A model generated the notes under the pieces. That model ran no database searches and was not told the origin of the DNA. It saw nothing but the letters and a program-made list of their open reading frames with translations. DNA of 64,000 nt. It comes from Podarcis cretensis (taxonomy: Eukaryota). Both the position numbers and the translations under genes were made by a program. Shown in pieces: positions 48,201 through 61,504 of the stretch (its first letter is position 1; each line of letters starts with the position of its first letter). The DNA is taken from assembly GCA_951804945.1 (NCBI GenBank), contig OX638158.1, positions 20,088,001 through 20,152,000 on the forward strand, read 5' to 3'.

Positions 48201-51200
48201 ATCTGGACAGGGATAACCTAACTGCTGCCGTCTATGCTCTGGTAACCTCTAGGTTAGATTACTGCAACATGTTATACGTGGAGCTGCCTCTGAAGATGGT
48301 TTGGAAACTTCAGCTGGTGCAGCATCCAGTGGCCTGGTTGCTCACGAGGGCAAGCATGAAAAGGGAATAGGGTAGCCTTCTTTACTCCATCCCGAACCCC
48401 TCCCCCATCCTTTTTGTGTAATGACAGGGATTCAGAAATGTAGCAGTAGCATGCCAGATTTCTCAAGAGGACTATTGCAAACCTGTTTTCATACTAGCAC
48501 TTTTTAGAAAAGAAAACCAACAAGGAAGAAAGAAAGAAAACGCAAGAATAACAAACCCATTCCTTCACTTTCGGATGCTTCCAGACAGGGGTTTGATATT
48601 GTAAACAGCTTGTTCAGATATTGCAAACGAAGACTTTTTTTAAACATTGGATTTCCCCCAGAGAGGAGTATTATGGATTAAACAGAGGGAGACACAAGCT
48701 GCCATTTTTATGCCAACAATGTTGGATGAATGCTGCAAGATGAGGAACATCCATCCCACAATGAACACCCATCTGAAAGCACTCTTTATGTTAAAAGCTA
48801 GGCAGGTGTTTGGACTGGGGGGTGGGGGGAGTCTGTTTAAAAGGTAATCAGGAAAAGAACTGGGTAGGGCTTCCATGGAAAAAGTAGTTTACTTATACTG
48901 GACCATGTCAAGGCTGGTTTGTATGAACCTGTGCATGGGGTGGGTGGGTGTTTGTATGTGTGTTTCCCCATGTGAGTCCAGCCCAGTTATAAGTGTGGCA
49001 TTAAGCCTGTGCAAACCTGAAGTGATTGCACTGGGGCCATCCCCAAGTGTGAATGACTCAGCCCTTTTATTTAGCAGCTCCCTAAACTCATGTAGGTGTT
49101 TAAATCACTGCCTCCTTTCAGCCATAGGGAAAGGACAGAACATCACAAAGATCTCTCTTTGTAACATTACAAGGAACACAACAACATATCCACTGTGTTA
49201 TCCTAGTTATGTAAGACCTGAAATACTGCGTGACTACCCCATCCTTGTCTTGGCATCCTGAGTTGTGTCAATCAAGGACTCTTCAAAGGGTGGAGTGGTT
49301 GATTCCTCCCTGTACATCAAGTTGGGGGTTTTCAACACCAAGTGCAGTACGCAACTATCTCTGTCAGCTCAGTTGGGGTTCTCTTAAAGTAAAGGTAAAG
49401 GGACCCCTGACCATTAGGTCCAGTCGTAACCAACTCTGGGGTTGCGGCACTCATCTCGCTTTATTGGCCGAGGGAGTTGGCGTACAGCTTCCAGATCTAA
49501 GCCGCTTCTGGCGAACCATAGCAGCACACAGAAATGCCATTTACCTTCCCACCGGAGCGGTACCTATTTATCTACTTGCACACTTTTGATGTCCTTTCGA
49601 ACTGCTAGGTGGGCAGGAGCAGGGACCGAACAACGGGAGCTCACCCCGTCGTGGGGATTCAAACTGCCAACCTTCTGATCGGCAAGACCTAGGCTCTGTG
49701 GTTTAACCCACAGCGCCACCCGCGTCCCTTGGGGTTCTCTTAGGCAGCACTATAATGTCCAGCCTGCCTTGATTCCCCAGCACAATATACATTCATGAAT
49801 AACGGGCCCCAGTCTGCTGTGGATGCCTTTGCAATGAGACAGAATTCCAGCAGCCTCTTCTCCTCTGGCATTGATGATGAACAGAGTCCCTAGCCTTTTT
49901 TTAATGGCCCTCTGTTTTTGCCCCCATATTCAGGTAATCTGAACCATATCCACAGCCTTCACAGCCCCTCCCAACTTTACAGCAGTTTCTAAATTGACAT
50001 CCCATGGTAGGTATGATGAGGTAGGAGAGAAAGCAGCCATGTAATATGGGCGGGGGAGGAAAGTGGTGAGCTGAGCCATAGGATTACTAAATAAAATACC
50101 ATTTAACACCAGGCTACACCTTCCCGTTCTTTAAAATAACACCCACACAAAAACAGCAGAGGATCCAGTTTCCTTCAAAGCTTCTCCATGAGTTTTTAAA
50201 AATTTATATTTGAAACCAGCATGTCTGGGTTCATTTAAACCTCATTAAATCTCTCTCTGCCTTTACACTCTGAATGCTTTTCAGCAAAGGGCTGCAGGTG
50301 ACCTTGGACACCATCTGGGATTTATTTCTGCAAAGAATTAAAGTGCTAACACCTTTAGTCAACTTCTGTTTTTGTTGTTCTTTTTTTTTTTTTTTACAAG
50401 AACTCAAAATGTTCTCTGCTGCTTCCTTTATGAGAGCCATAGCCATCATTGTTCCTAACGCATCAAGTACTATTATGGGACCTGGATTAGTCTTTTGGAA
50501 TCATTTATTGGCACTCGGCCTTGGTTTGATTTTACGTGTGATTGCACCAATATTCCTTTTGTGTCATGTTTTACTGAACTGTCCCTGTGCATTGGTAAAT
50601 AAGCACATAGGAAGAATCCAGACACAACCTATGCAGAGTTATATCAAGGTTTCCTCTTTTCTTTTTGTGCTATATATCAGTGAAATACCCACATAAGAAT
50701 CTTAATGCAATCATGTGTATGATCACATTAGGAATGCTTTCTACCAGTGACACACCCACATATACACAGCAGTCTGTACAAAATTCAGAAACTAAACCAA
50801 ACCTTAAAAATGGGAGATTTCTGATGCACAAGTTCCACTTCAGAGACACTGGAAGCTGCTTTATACTGAATCAGGCAGTTGATTCATCTGGTCCATCTAG
50901 TGGAGTATTGTTTCTACACTGACTTAAGAGCATCTCTCCAGTGTTTCAGAGGGGGACATCCAAGTCCTATCAGGGATGCCAGGTCTTCAACTTTGGATCT
51001 TCTGCATACTCTGCCAGTGAGCATCGGCCCTTTTTGGGTGATTTGGAATTCCAAAATCAAATGATAAATTGGCTATTTCAGAAGTATCCCTACACTGCTG
51101 TAGTACTTTGAAGATTAAGATGGAAAAAAGTAATCCTGTCTAAGGCTAGAATCTCATCGAAAGCTTCATGGAACTCCTAAACTCCAAGTGAACATTTCCT

Positions 51201-54200
51201 CATTTTCAGCATTGGAAAAAAATGTGTGTGCCATCTCTGTCTCTCACGTCAAAAGAGAATGGGACAATGCTGAGCTCTGTGTATACATTTCTGTCCCATC
51301 CTGTGTTCATCACAACAGCACTGTTTCTATTCTGCTACAGACTGGCTTCTGCTAAAACCAACATTGTTCACATCACTATGACCAAAACTAACATAATTTA
51401 TTACATAATCCATTTCAATGGAAGGGAAACATTAAAAACAATGCAGAAAATAATGCCCTTGTTTACATTACATTTGGGAACTATAAAGTCGATTTCTGTT
51501 CCTGACCTCCAATGAATTTCAGCAATTTCTGCTCCTTCACAGATTTCTGTGAAGAAGATCTTCATACCTAGCTTTATCCCAATGTGTGGATTTCCCAATC
51601 CAGGTCACTAGCACAGATTTCAGGAGAGGGGACATCAAGATGATCTGGAGTTGCTCAGCACCCAGAATGCTTTATGAGTAGTTGCCAGGAAATCATCACC
51701 ATCATCATAGTCACTACTTCACTTTGGTCAAAATGTGGGATAGAGAGGTGACTGTGGTTACCCATGAGAATCATCCTAATGTCTTCCAACCCAGCTTCAG
51801 GGGCAATTGGCTCATTGGTCTACCAAAACACCAATGACAAGGATGAATAGATAAGAAGAGCGCAGATGGCAGAAAACCTGAGCAAAATTTTAAAAAGTTC
51901 ACTAATTTGCTGTGCAACTGAAGACATACAGAAAGCTAGTGTCCTTGCACCGATGCTTATAATAATGTTTAAGAGGCATTACGTTGCAGTAGCTCTTCCT
52001 TAAGTAAAAGCTATTATAGCTTCAGAGATGTTAAGTACCTCAATGGTGTGGAGAAGGACTTTATATATTGGAGCAAAGAAAATGTATGAAAATTGTATGT
52101 GTAAATCTAGGTCCCAACATTTGGGCTTAAGCTACTGTTTCTCCTATTTTTATGAGCACTCCAAATCTGCAGTCTAGAAAAAGTTCCTGTGCTGTGTTCA
52201 GTGTAGGTTACTCCTAGCTAAAATAATCTTTAAAATAAGCAATAGAAATGGTCAGCATTTCCTTGTTCACCATTCTTCCCAACATAAGAAGTGTTTACAT
52301 TTGAAATTTTCAACACTTCAGGGAGGAATGCCTGTGACACAATGTGACTCAACTCCAAGTCTGGCCAAATGAGTGAAATGCATTTAATGAATTCATTTTG
52401 TTTCAGCAGTGCCCACTGTGTTTTGAATTTCATCATGGTTAAAACGAGACCGTTTGCGTTAGATCACTTGGTAAGAAGCAGTCTTTTGCTGCTGACAGGC
52501 AACTGCAGCCAGAACTCAGGGAGATGAAAGACAATTTCCTTCTCTACTTGCAGTAGGGGGGCTGGAGATTACATTTTAGGGTTGTCTAGAAACTCTGTTG
52601 TGCTTTTCCCACTTCCCTTTAGGCCCAATAAGAGTTGGTGTTAATTGTATCATTGCAGCTAATACGTCTAGCATTTTTCCTCTTTGAAAAGCTGCCCGGG
52701 GAATAGTATTTTGACTGTGGTGTGCAGGAAAAGTGGGATTTTAAAAACAAACAAACAAACAAACACCTCCCTTCCTGCTGCAGTCCCCACAAAAAGCCCT
52801 CATCACCCAGCTGCTATTTTTTCTGGGAGAAAAATATCCATTGAACCCAATGAAAACTCCCTCCTAATAAGAACAGCATAAGGCCATTTTCACCAGGACC
52901 ATACTGAGAGGGTTTTTTTTAAAAAAAAACCAAAAAACCAACAACCATGTTTTAAACCTTCCCCACATAACATGCTGTCCTAGCCCAAGTACCTAGCCCA
53001 AATCCTGCAGCTGAAAGACTATTTAATCATACGGAAGATGCCATAAATTGCATTTCAACCACCACTCCATAAAGCTCAGCACGGGTGCCAACTTGAACAA
53101 AATACCTGTTTGCTTCTCCTACCAGCCTGCTGACCCACTTGCATCTGCTCAGCTACCCTGGGCTCAGACACGCTCAGAAATGATGCCGAAAGCTGAGAGC
53201 CAAGTTGGGAAAAGAGTATAGCACCCAGCTTTGGGGGGAAAGGTTGCTGCCCAAGGGGGGAGGGGTAAATATTTTATGGGGGAGGGACCAGGGTCCCATA
53301 GAGTTGGTGCCTATGTTGCCCAGTACTGTCTATCCTGAACAGGAAGCTTCTTTGTGCCAAATCAGACACTTGAGCCATCTTACTTCTGTATTGCCTACGT
53401 AGGCAGGCAGTGGCTCTCCAGGGTTTCAGCCTGGTGACTCTCCCAGCCCTACCTGAAGATGCCAGGGATTGAACCTGGGACCTTCAGCATGAAAAGCAGA
53501 TGCTCCACCTCTGAGCTATGCCCCTTCCCAGTCTTTTCCCAGGATATCAAGCTGAGAAATCACGCAGCCCAAGTTAAATCAGGGAATTAGGAATGGACAT
53601 TGGGACTCTTCTGTAAGCAAAGTGTTTCTGAGCTGTGGCCCTTGCCCAACATGTAGGAATGGCAGCACAGCAGTGAGCCACAGCAGGCAGAGATAGCAGC
53701 ACCAAGCACTGCAGCTAGAAAGCAAGGAGTGTGCAGCACTGCTTATCAGCAATGCTGCGTTTTAATGAAGAGGGAGAGCCTGCACACATTTTAATAAGAA
53801 AGGCTTCAATGACACATTAAACATTCAGCGCAGCACTAGAAATTGAGCATCCCAATATTCCTATTCAATCTTACACACATTAATATGCACACACTGCGAT
53901 GATTAGTCGTACTTTGTTTCATCTCAGATGAATACTCTTTGATCTCCTTGCAGCAGGCGTCTCCTGCAGAGCTGGCAGCAGAAAACCCGCTATAGTGGCA
54001 AGTATTTTAAAATTAACCTTAGGGGATAACCTTCACCTTCCAACAATCTGCACTTTTCTTTTTTTGCAGCCTCTCTCTCAGTTTCTTTTCTTTTCTTTTT
54101 TTAAAAAATAGTTCTGCCAAATAGCATGATTCTCTTCTTTTCTGGGGCCAACTACAGCACACCTGGCAAACGACCAGAGAGCTCTATTGCAATGATTTCT

Positions 54201-57200
54201 CTTTATTGCTTCACTGCAAGTAAGCTTAAAGGTTTATAACCATTATCACCATTCCAGAATATCAACCGCTCGTGAACTCTGATTTAGACACAGCTCAGTT
54301 TGCATTCCCCAAAAGAATGAGCCTTTCAAGTTACACTTAATTTCCACCGTCTGTGCTGGGCACACAAGAAAAGAGTTTTTGTCCAGACCAATAAATTTGC
54401 ATGTAGAAGTTTGCTTTACCTTAATTATGGCTCCCTCCCATGTGGTTCCATTTCTGAGACCCCCACAACAATTTTTGCAAACGTCTTTGGTGCTATATAT
54501 TGTAGAACAACTTTGTGGCCTACCATGTCTCCACATTATGCCTTTTCTAAAAAGCTGACTGTCACCATGCCCACCATATGCATTTCCTAATTAGACTTAG
54601 CTACACTAGTAGAAAACAGCGTTCTAGAAGCCTTGCGTAATATGTAAGCATTACAATTTAATTTAAAGCCTGTCCCTCTCCTTTGAAAACAGATGCCAGT
54701 GTGAAGCTGGCCTTTGCAGCAGAAATATGGATTTGTGTTTGGAATGTGAACATTGTGTTCTGTCTCATGTCACAATCTTTGAGTGAGAGATCATGTCAGA
54801 AAGTGGATATTGGAGCACCTTGCACAGCGTTGAGACGATTTTTTGTGTGGGCAGAGGGAGGAAATGTCTAAGGGCGTCATGACTGAGATACATAAAATTG
54901 TGCATGGTCCTGAGAAAGCAGATAGATTTTTTCTCACTCTTTCCCATAATATGAGAATCTAATGAAATCAACTGGCCAGAAATTTAGGACAGCCAAAGGG
55001 CATTACTTCTTCACACAACACATCATAACCTAACCTCTAGGTTAGTTTACCGCAAGGTGTTGCACATGGGGCTGCCTCTGGAGACAGTTCAGACACTTCA
55101 ATTGGTGCTGAATTCACCAGCCAGGTTGTTCACAGGGGCAAGATAGTTTTGAGCATATAGCACCAGGTAAAGGACCTCTGGACTGACTGGATGGTTAAGT
55201 CCAGTCAAGGGCAACTATGGGGTGTGGCGCTCATCTCTCTTCAGGCCAAGGGATCTGGCGTTTGCCCACAGAAGCTAGAGCACACGGAAATGCCATTTAA
55301 ATAGCACCAACTCTGGCCCAAGAGCACTGGCAGCCAATTCATTTCCAAGCCCAAAATTGACCTATAAAGCCTTAAATGGCTCGGGATTGCAATACCTCAA
55401 GGACTGCCTCTCCCTATATGACCTGACCCAGACTCTGTGATCATCTTCTGAGGCTCTCCTTTCATGTGCTCCATCCACAAGAGGTCTGGAGGATGGGAGC
55501 ATGAGAACAGGCTTTTTCTGCAGTGGCTACCCACTGCAGTGGAAAGCTCTCTCCAGGGAGGCTTGCCTGGAGCCTTCATTGCATATCTTTAAGCACCAGG
55601 CAAAAACATTCCTCTTCTCTCAGTCCCTTGGCTAATTAAACAATCTATGGCCTTGTAAATTGTTGGGGCAGTACTGTTTTTTTTTTTTGCTGTTAGGTAT
55701 TTCTGTGTTTTTATACTGAAACCACCCTGAGCCTAAACTTAAGGGCAGTTCATAAATTAAAAATAAAATAAAATAATAAATCAATCATGGAAATTTGCCA
55801 ACCCCAGATGCAAGAGTAGGAGGAGATCAGGTGCCAGAAAACAGACACCAAGGAATGGAGGCGAGAAGCCCCCACCTCTGTTTCTAGATGTCAGACAGAA
55901 ACCAAAAGGGTGGAGATAGCTACCCTGCTTAAGCTCCTGAGTATCATCAGCTGCAATGACATGTCTCAAAAAGTCATCCCAATGAAGTTTCGAGTTTGGC
56001 AAGGTGGTAGGAACATGAACCGCATCCTTTCTCAACTCCTCTTTCTGTCTGGGCCCCGTGGACGCCTGGAAGCAGTTAGTTAGAGGGGGCGGAGTCTCTA
56101 GAGAAGTGACTTTGTTTGGGGAAGAAACCAAGAATCAACAGTTATATATGGCCAGCCAGGTAACCTTTTAGCTTTCCAGTATCATATTGCCTGCCTGAGC
56201 TGCAATAGCAATTTCTAGCCATTATCTGGGTGGTGCTGCAGCACAGCAAATATCCGTAAGCTAAAATGCCGGGCCCCTGCTGCCAGTTTCCTTGGTTTGT
56301 GCCTCAAATGCCTGACATCTCTAGCACAGGGCTAGTGTGATGCCCTTCAGATGCTGCTGGACTACAATCCCCATTAGTCCCAGCCAGCAGGCCCAATCAT
56401 AAGGGATGGCGTGGGCAGTAGTCCAGCACACATGGAGGGTACTGCTTTAGCTACCTCTGCTCTAGGGGAACTCCTGTTCCGAATCATGCAACCTGAATGG
56501 TACTTGAAGCCTCTGTGTGCTCTTCCATCACCTATTCCCATGTTCCTGCCCAATACAGGACCGGACTATGGCCAGGTTTCGCAATCTACCCTTCAACGGC
56601 AAATCCGCTTCCTAAAACACTGACTGCTGCTTGCTAAACTCCTGGTGCTGAATCCCTGATTTACATCTGCTGACATTCTGGCCAAGGCTACTTGCTTCCC
56701 AGCTGGCTGCACCAATCTTCCAGCTGCAAGGAAACCGACATAGTAGCATGAAGCTATGTTTATTTTGCCCACATAACTTAGTTGCTTGAGTTGAAAAGGT
56801 AACAGATCAGAGCCGGCAACCACGGCTTAATTCCAAGTTGCCAGGCAACCGCACATCCGCCAGTGAAGTACTTTCAGACGGCGCTACCAGCAACTTTGGG
56901 AAACGGCGCTGCTGGCCCTTCATGGGGCCATAAAGCACCGAGCTGGATGATGCTCACAATGCTCTGTAAACAAGATCGTTGTGGGCTATATATCTAATGA
57001 TGCTTAATTAACACTCCTGGCAAATCAATCCTAAAAACAGCCTCCTTCATAATTAAAACTCTGCCAAGTAGGAGACAGCACAGGAGCTATGGCAACTTGA
57101 TGCTTGCTGAATTAGGGGAGGAAAAAGAAACGATGGGGGGGGGGACTCTTGACAGCAATTACTGTGTGCTTAGACTAATTCACAAGCAGATGGTTACACT

Positions 57201-58474
57201 TAAGCACCAGTGAAGGAGGACTGCGTGTTACTGTCAGCAGTGGCTAGCTTTCCATCAGAGAAGCCTGGGGCAGGCGTAAACCATTATTACTTACTATTCA
57301 TACTCTGCCATCAGCATACATGAGTCCCTTACAAGCTAAACAGGTAGGTCACTGCCTCCAAAGGAGCACCGTGGAACCACTTTAGACTGTCATGGCTTCA
57401 CCCCAAAGAACTGTGGGAAATGTAGCTTGTTAAGGGTTCCGAAAGTTGTTAGAAGATCCCTATTCCCCTCAAAAGGGACGCGGGTGGCGCTGTGGGTAAA
57501 ACCTCAGTGCCTAGGACTTGCCAATCGTATGGTCGGCAGTTCGAATCCCCACGGCGGGGTGAGCTCCCGTCTTTCTGTCCCAGCTCCTGCCCACCTAGCA
57601 GTTTGAAAGCACCCCTAAGTGCAAGTAGATAAATAGGTACCACTTTATAGTGGGAAGGTAAACGGCGTTTCCGTGTGCTGCGCTGGTGCTGGCTCGCCAG
57701 AGCAGCTTAGTCATGCTGGCCATGTGACCCAGAAGTGTCTTCGGACAGCGCTGGCCCCCGGCCTCTTAAGTGAGATGGGCGCACAACCCTAGAGTCGGAC
57801 ATGACTGGCCCGTAAGGGCAGGGGTACCTTTACCTTTACCTTTATTCCCCTCAAAGAAGGACAGTTCCCAGAGTAGCTTAACCATCAATCCCTGTTCACA
57901 GGCAACCTTTGAGAACTGTAGTTTGTGGGGAGGAATAGGGGTCTCCTAACAACTCTCAGCACTCTTAACAAACCACTGTTCCCAGAATTCGTTAGGGGGA
58001 GCCATGGCTGTTTGAAGTGGTATCGCTTTAAATGTGGTGTTGCTTCCCTCCCCTGATTCCCTCTGAGGCTGGTAAGCCATGAGGAAGAGTTTGGAAGGTT
58101 GCCACTAGTTCTCTGCTGCCCCTTACCCACCCGCAGCCCCTCTGGGAAAATCACTGGCTAAGCTACTTGTGAGCAAATGGCTGGTCCAGCAGCTTCTTCC
58201 TCACATGAGGATAAGCCGCAGTACAGGCAGAAACAATGGTTTTTGAGGAGAGATTCAAAAGGAAACAAACACATTATGGAAGAATCTTTCATATAAGGGG
58301 GCATCAGCAAGGAGGGATGGGAGTAGCCATTTAAGAGAGCTGAGGAAAAGCTATGGAAAGCTTTAAAGGAAAAGACATGGGAATCATTGCAGGATATGGA
58401 AGGGTATGGGGAAGCCACTGAACAGAAATGAAAAGGGACTTCACTAGGAAGGGGTATCACTGCTTCAATATCCT

Positions 58475-58545
<71 letters not shown>

Positions 58546-61455
58546 GCACACCAATTTAAGTCCCAAGTCCTTGTGGGATAAATGAGGGTGTGGTGATGCC
58601 ACATTTCAAATTGCTAGATGTTATGGGGGAGAGAAGAGGAGGCGAAGGCACTTGTGTAGCTGCTTCTGTCAGCTGTCAACATCCAGGTTCATTCTCCAGA
58701 ATGTGAGGCTGACAGGCTTAATTACAGAACTATAATTAATACATACTTGTGTTTAATAAATATTACCTGCCAGTTTACGCGGCACTTCAGATTTGCAAGG
58801 TGCTTTGCAACAGAAGGGTGTAATCACAATAACTCAGTGCTATGGATAGATGGATGAGTTTATTACCAGCCCTGGCCAATTCTGTATATGCTCATTCCTA
58901 AATCAGCTCTGCCCTCTTTCTGCATTAATTTGTGAGTTTCCTTTAAAAAATGAATGAAAATACATACATTTTTTTCTCAGTGCACACAATTCTAAAAGTA
59001 TTTTATCCTAAAATGTGCATTTTGTAATGCACATTAGTATGGTTTTTGAGCAGAGAGGTGCATTGCAAATTTCAGATAACTGCAAAATATGAAGGATAGT
59101 AGCATTAGTCATGCATTAGTCTGGGAGGTGTGAAACTGGCCAGCTCACATTCTTCTAAAGCATTTTCAGAAGCACACAGCTTGTTTTGTCCTCAGTGATT
59201 TTTCAAAGCTTCAACATTTTCTGCTCAGCCACTAGAATGAAGGGGAACTGATCAGTCAAGCCAGGAGAAATTCTTTTCTGAAATGCCTGCTTTGGCTTGT
59301 TCTTATGCACAGCTCATTAGGGTAGCTAGCCTTCCTAATTCTTTGTACTTTGGCCACAAGCAAGGACAAAAATCCAGGAGGAAAAGCAGATAGACTCATT
59401 TGGGCTCCACATTCAACATTTTTTAAATGTCTGGTAATGAAATGCAAATAGTTGGCTGTGCAAATTTCTTAGCAGCATCCTGCTGTATGGAAAAGCTTTC
59501 CATGTGACCTTAAAGGCATTTGGCCCAGAGCCAAACTAGAGTTACACAGGAGATGCGTGAACAGTTCCTTAGCTTTTATTTATTTGTTTTTTGAATGAAA
59601 AGCAGCTGTGGGAGGCTGCCAGTCTGAGCAGAGGAAGGAGAGGCAGGAGGGGTTGCTTAACCCATTCCCCTCCTGCTATTTGTATGCTCACAATCAACAT
59701 CCTTAATGAGTACCCCCACCCCCACAAAACTCCCAAGGTTTCTAAAAGCAGCTTGGAGAGGAGCAATAGGGAGATGCTTTTCTACTTCTAATCACGGCTA
59801 CCAATACTTTGTTTCAGTGGGTTTAAATTAAAACTAAACTAAACTAAACTAAACATTTCAACTATCTTTGGTTGGTCAACAGAGCATATTATAAAAAAAG
59901 ACCAAAAAAATCCATTGGTGTGATATGACACACAATTAGCAATATCTGCTAATAGCTCTAAAAGGTAAAGGGAACCCTGACCATTAGGTCCAGTCGTGGC
60001 CGACTCTGGGGTTGCAGCGCTCATCTCGCTTTATTGGCCGAGGGAGCTGGTGTACAGCTTCCGGGTCATGTGGCCAGCATGACTAAGCCACTTCTGGCGA
60101 ACCAGAGCAGCGCACGGAAACGCCGTTTACCTTCCCGCCGGAGCCGTACCTATTTATCTACTTGCACTTTGACATGCTTTCGAACTGCTAGGTTGGCAGG
60201 AGCAGGGACTAAGCAACGGGAGCTCACCCCGTCACAGGAATTCGAACCACCGACCATCTGATCGGCAAGTCCTAGGCTCTGTGGTTTAACCTACAGCACC
60301 ACCCGTGTCCCAATAGCTCTATTTCTTAGGTCTTAAATCTGCTACTAATTGATTTCAATGGGTTCAGGGTGTTCTGCATGGGTCTCCTCCTCCCTATTTT
60401 ATCCTCACAACTACTCTCTGAGGGAAGTGAGGGTGAGAAACAGTGAGGAGTCCACGGTCACTCTGTGAGCTTCATAGCTGAGTGGGGATTTGAATTGGGT
60501 CTTGAAAGTCCTGGTCCAACATTACTTTGTTTGTTTGCATGGAGAAAGCACAACCCAGGCTAGGTTAAAGGTAAAGGGACCCCTGACCATTAGGTCCAGT
60601 TGCGGACGACTCTGGGGTTGCGGCACTCATCTTGCTTTATTGGCCAAGGGAACCGCCGTACAGCTTCCGGGTGATGTGGCCAGCATGACTAAGCCACTTC
60701 TGGCGAACCAGAGCAGCTATATTTGTGTAATTAAAGAGACTGCATTTAAACTTAAGAATCCTCTGTGAGTACGCTTGTAAACTTGAAATGTCCAGGAAGA
60801 TATTTTATCAAGACACTATATTTAAACATAAGCACTCTCTGAGGGGGTTTATGTGATGTTATGAATTCCAGAAAACCCACAGAGTTGCAGTTATATCTGG
60901 GAATTAATTTGCCAACAGACTAATTTGCAATGAGAAACATTAATTCATACCAACCTGTTGTCTATGTAAATGAAAAACTCTTGTGCCTGTCGTATGAATT
61001 TATGCAGATAAAGCTTTTAGAGGAGTGAGCATTCACTGCTGATTCCCCAGAGCATCCTGTCCAAGGCAAGATACACTGCCTGCATACTTAGGTTCTGAAT
61101 ATAAAGAAAGACACTCCGCAGGAGGCATAACAAGGAGCTGGGCACAAGCTATGAGCATTTTCCAAACACATTTATGAGGAAGTCAGTCCCATTGAACTAA
61201 CATGAAGGTTTAGGGCAAAATAAGTTGGTTCAGCGTGGGACTTCTTTGCTGTTTGAACTGATCATGTCTACTTGGATTCTGTCTGCATGGATGACTAGTA
61301 ATCAGTAAGAGGAACTGCACAGTGACTTACATATATCAAGTAGGGTGATTCTGTGTGCCTGACACTCACAGAAATAGCTCAGTCTCCCAGGCTTGCAGTG
61401 GAAACAGAGCATTTGGAGGTAAGGTACTAGAGCCTCATGCTATGAGTCCCATTTG

Positions 61456-61504
<49 letters not shown>

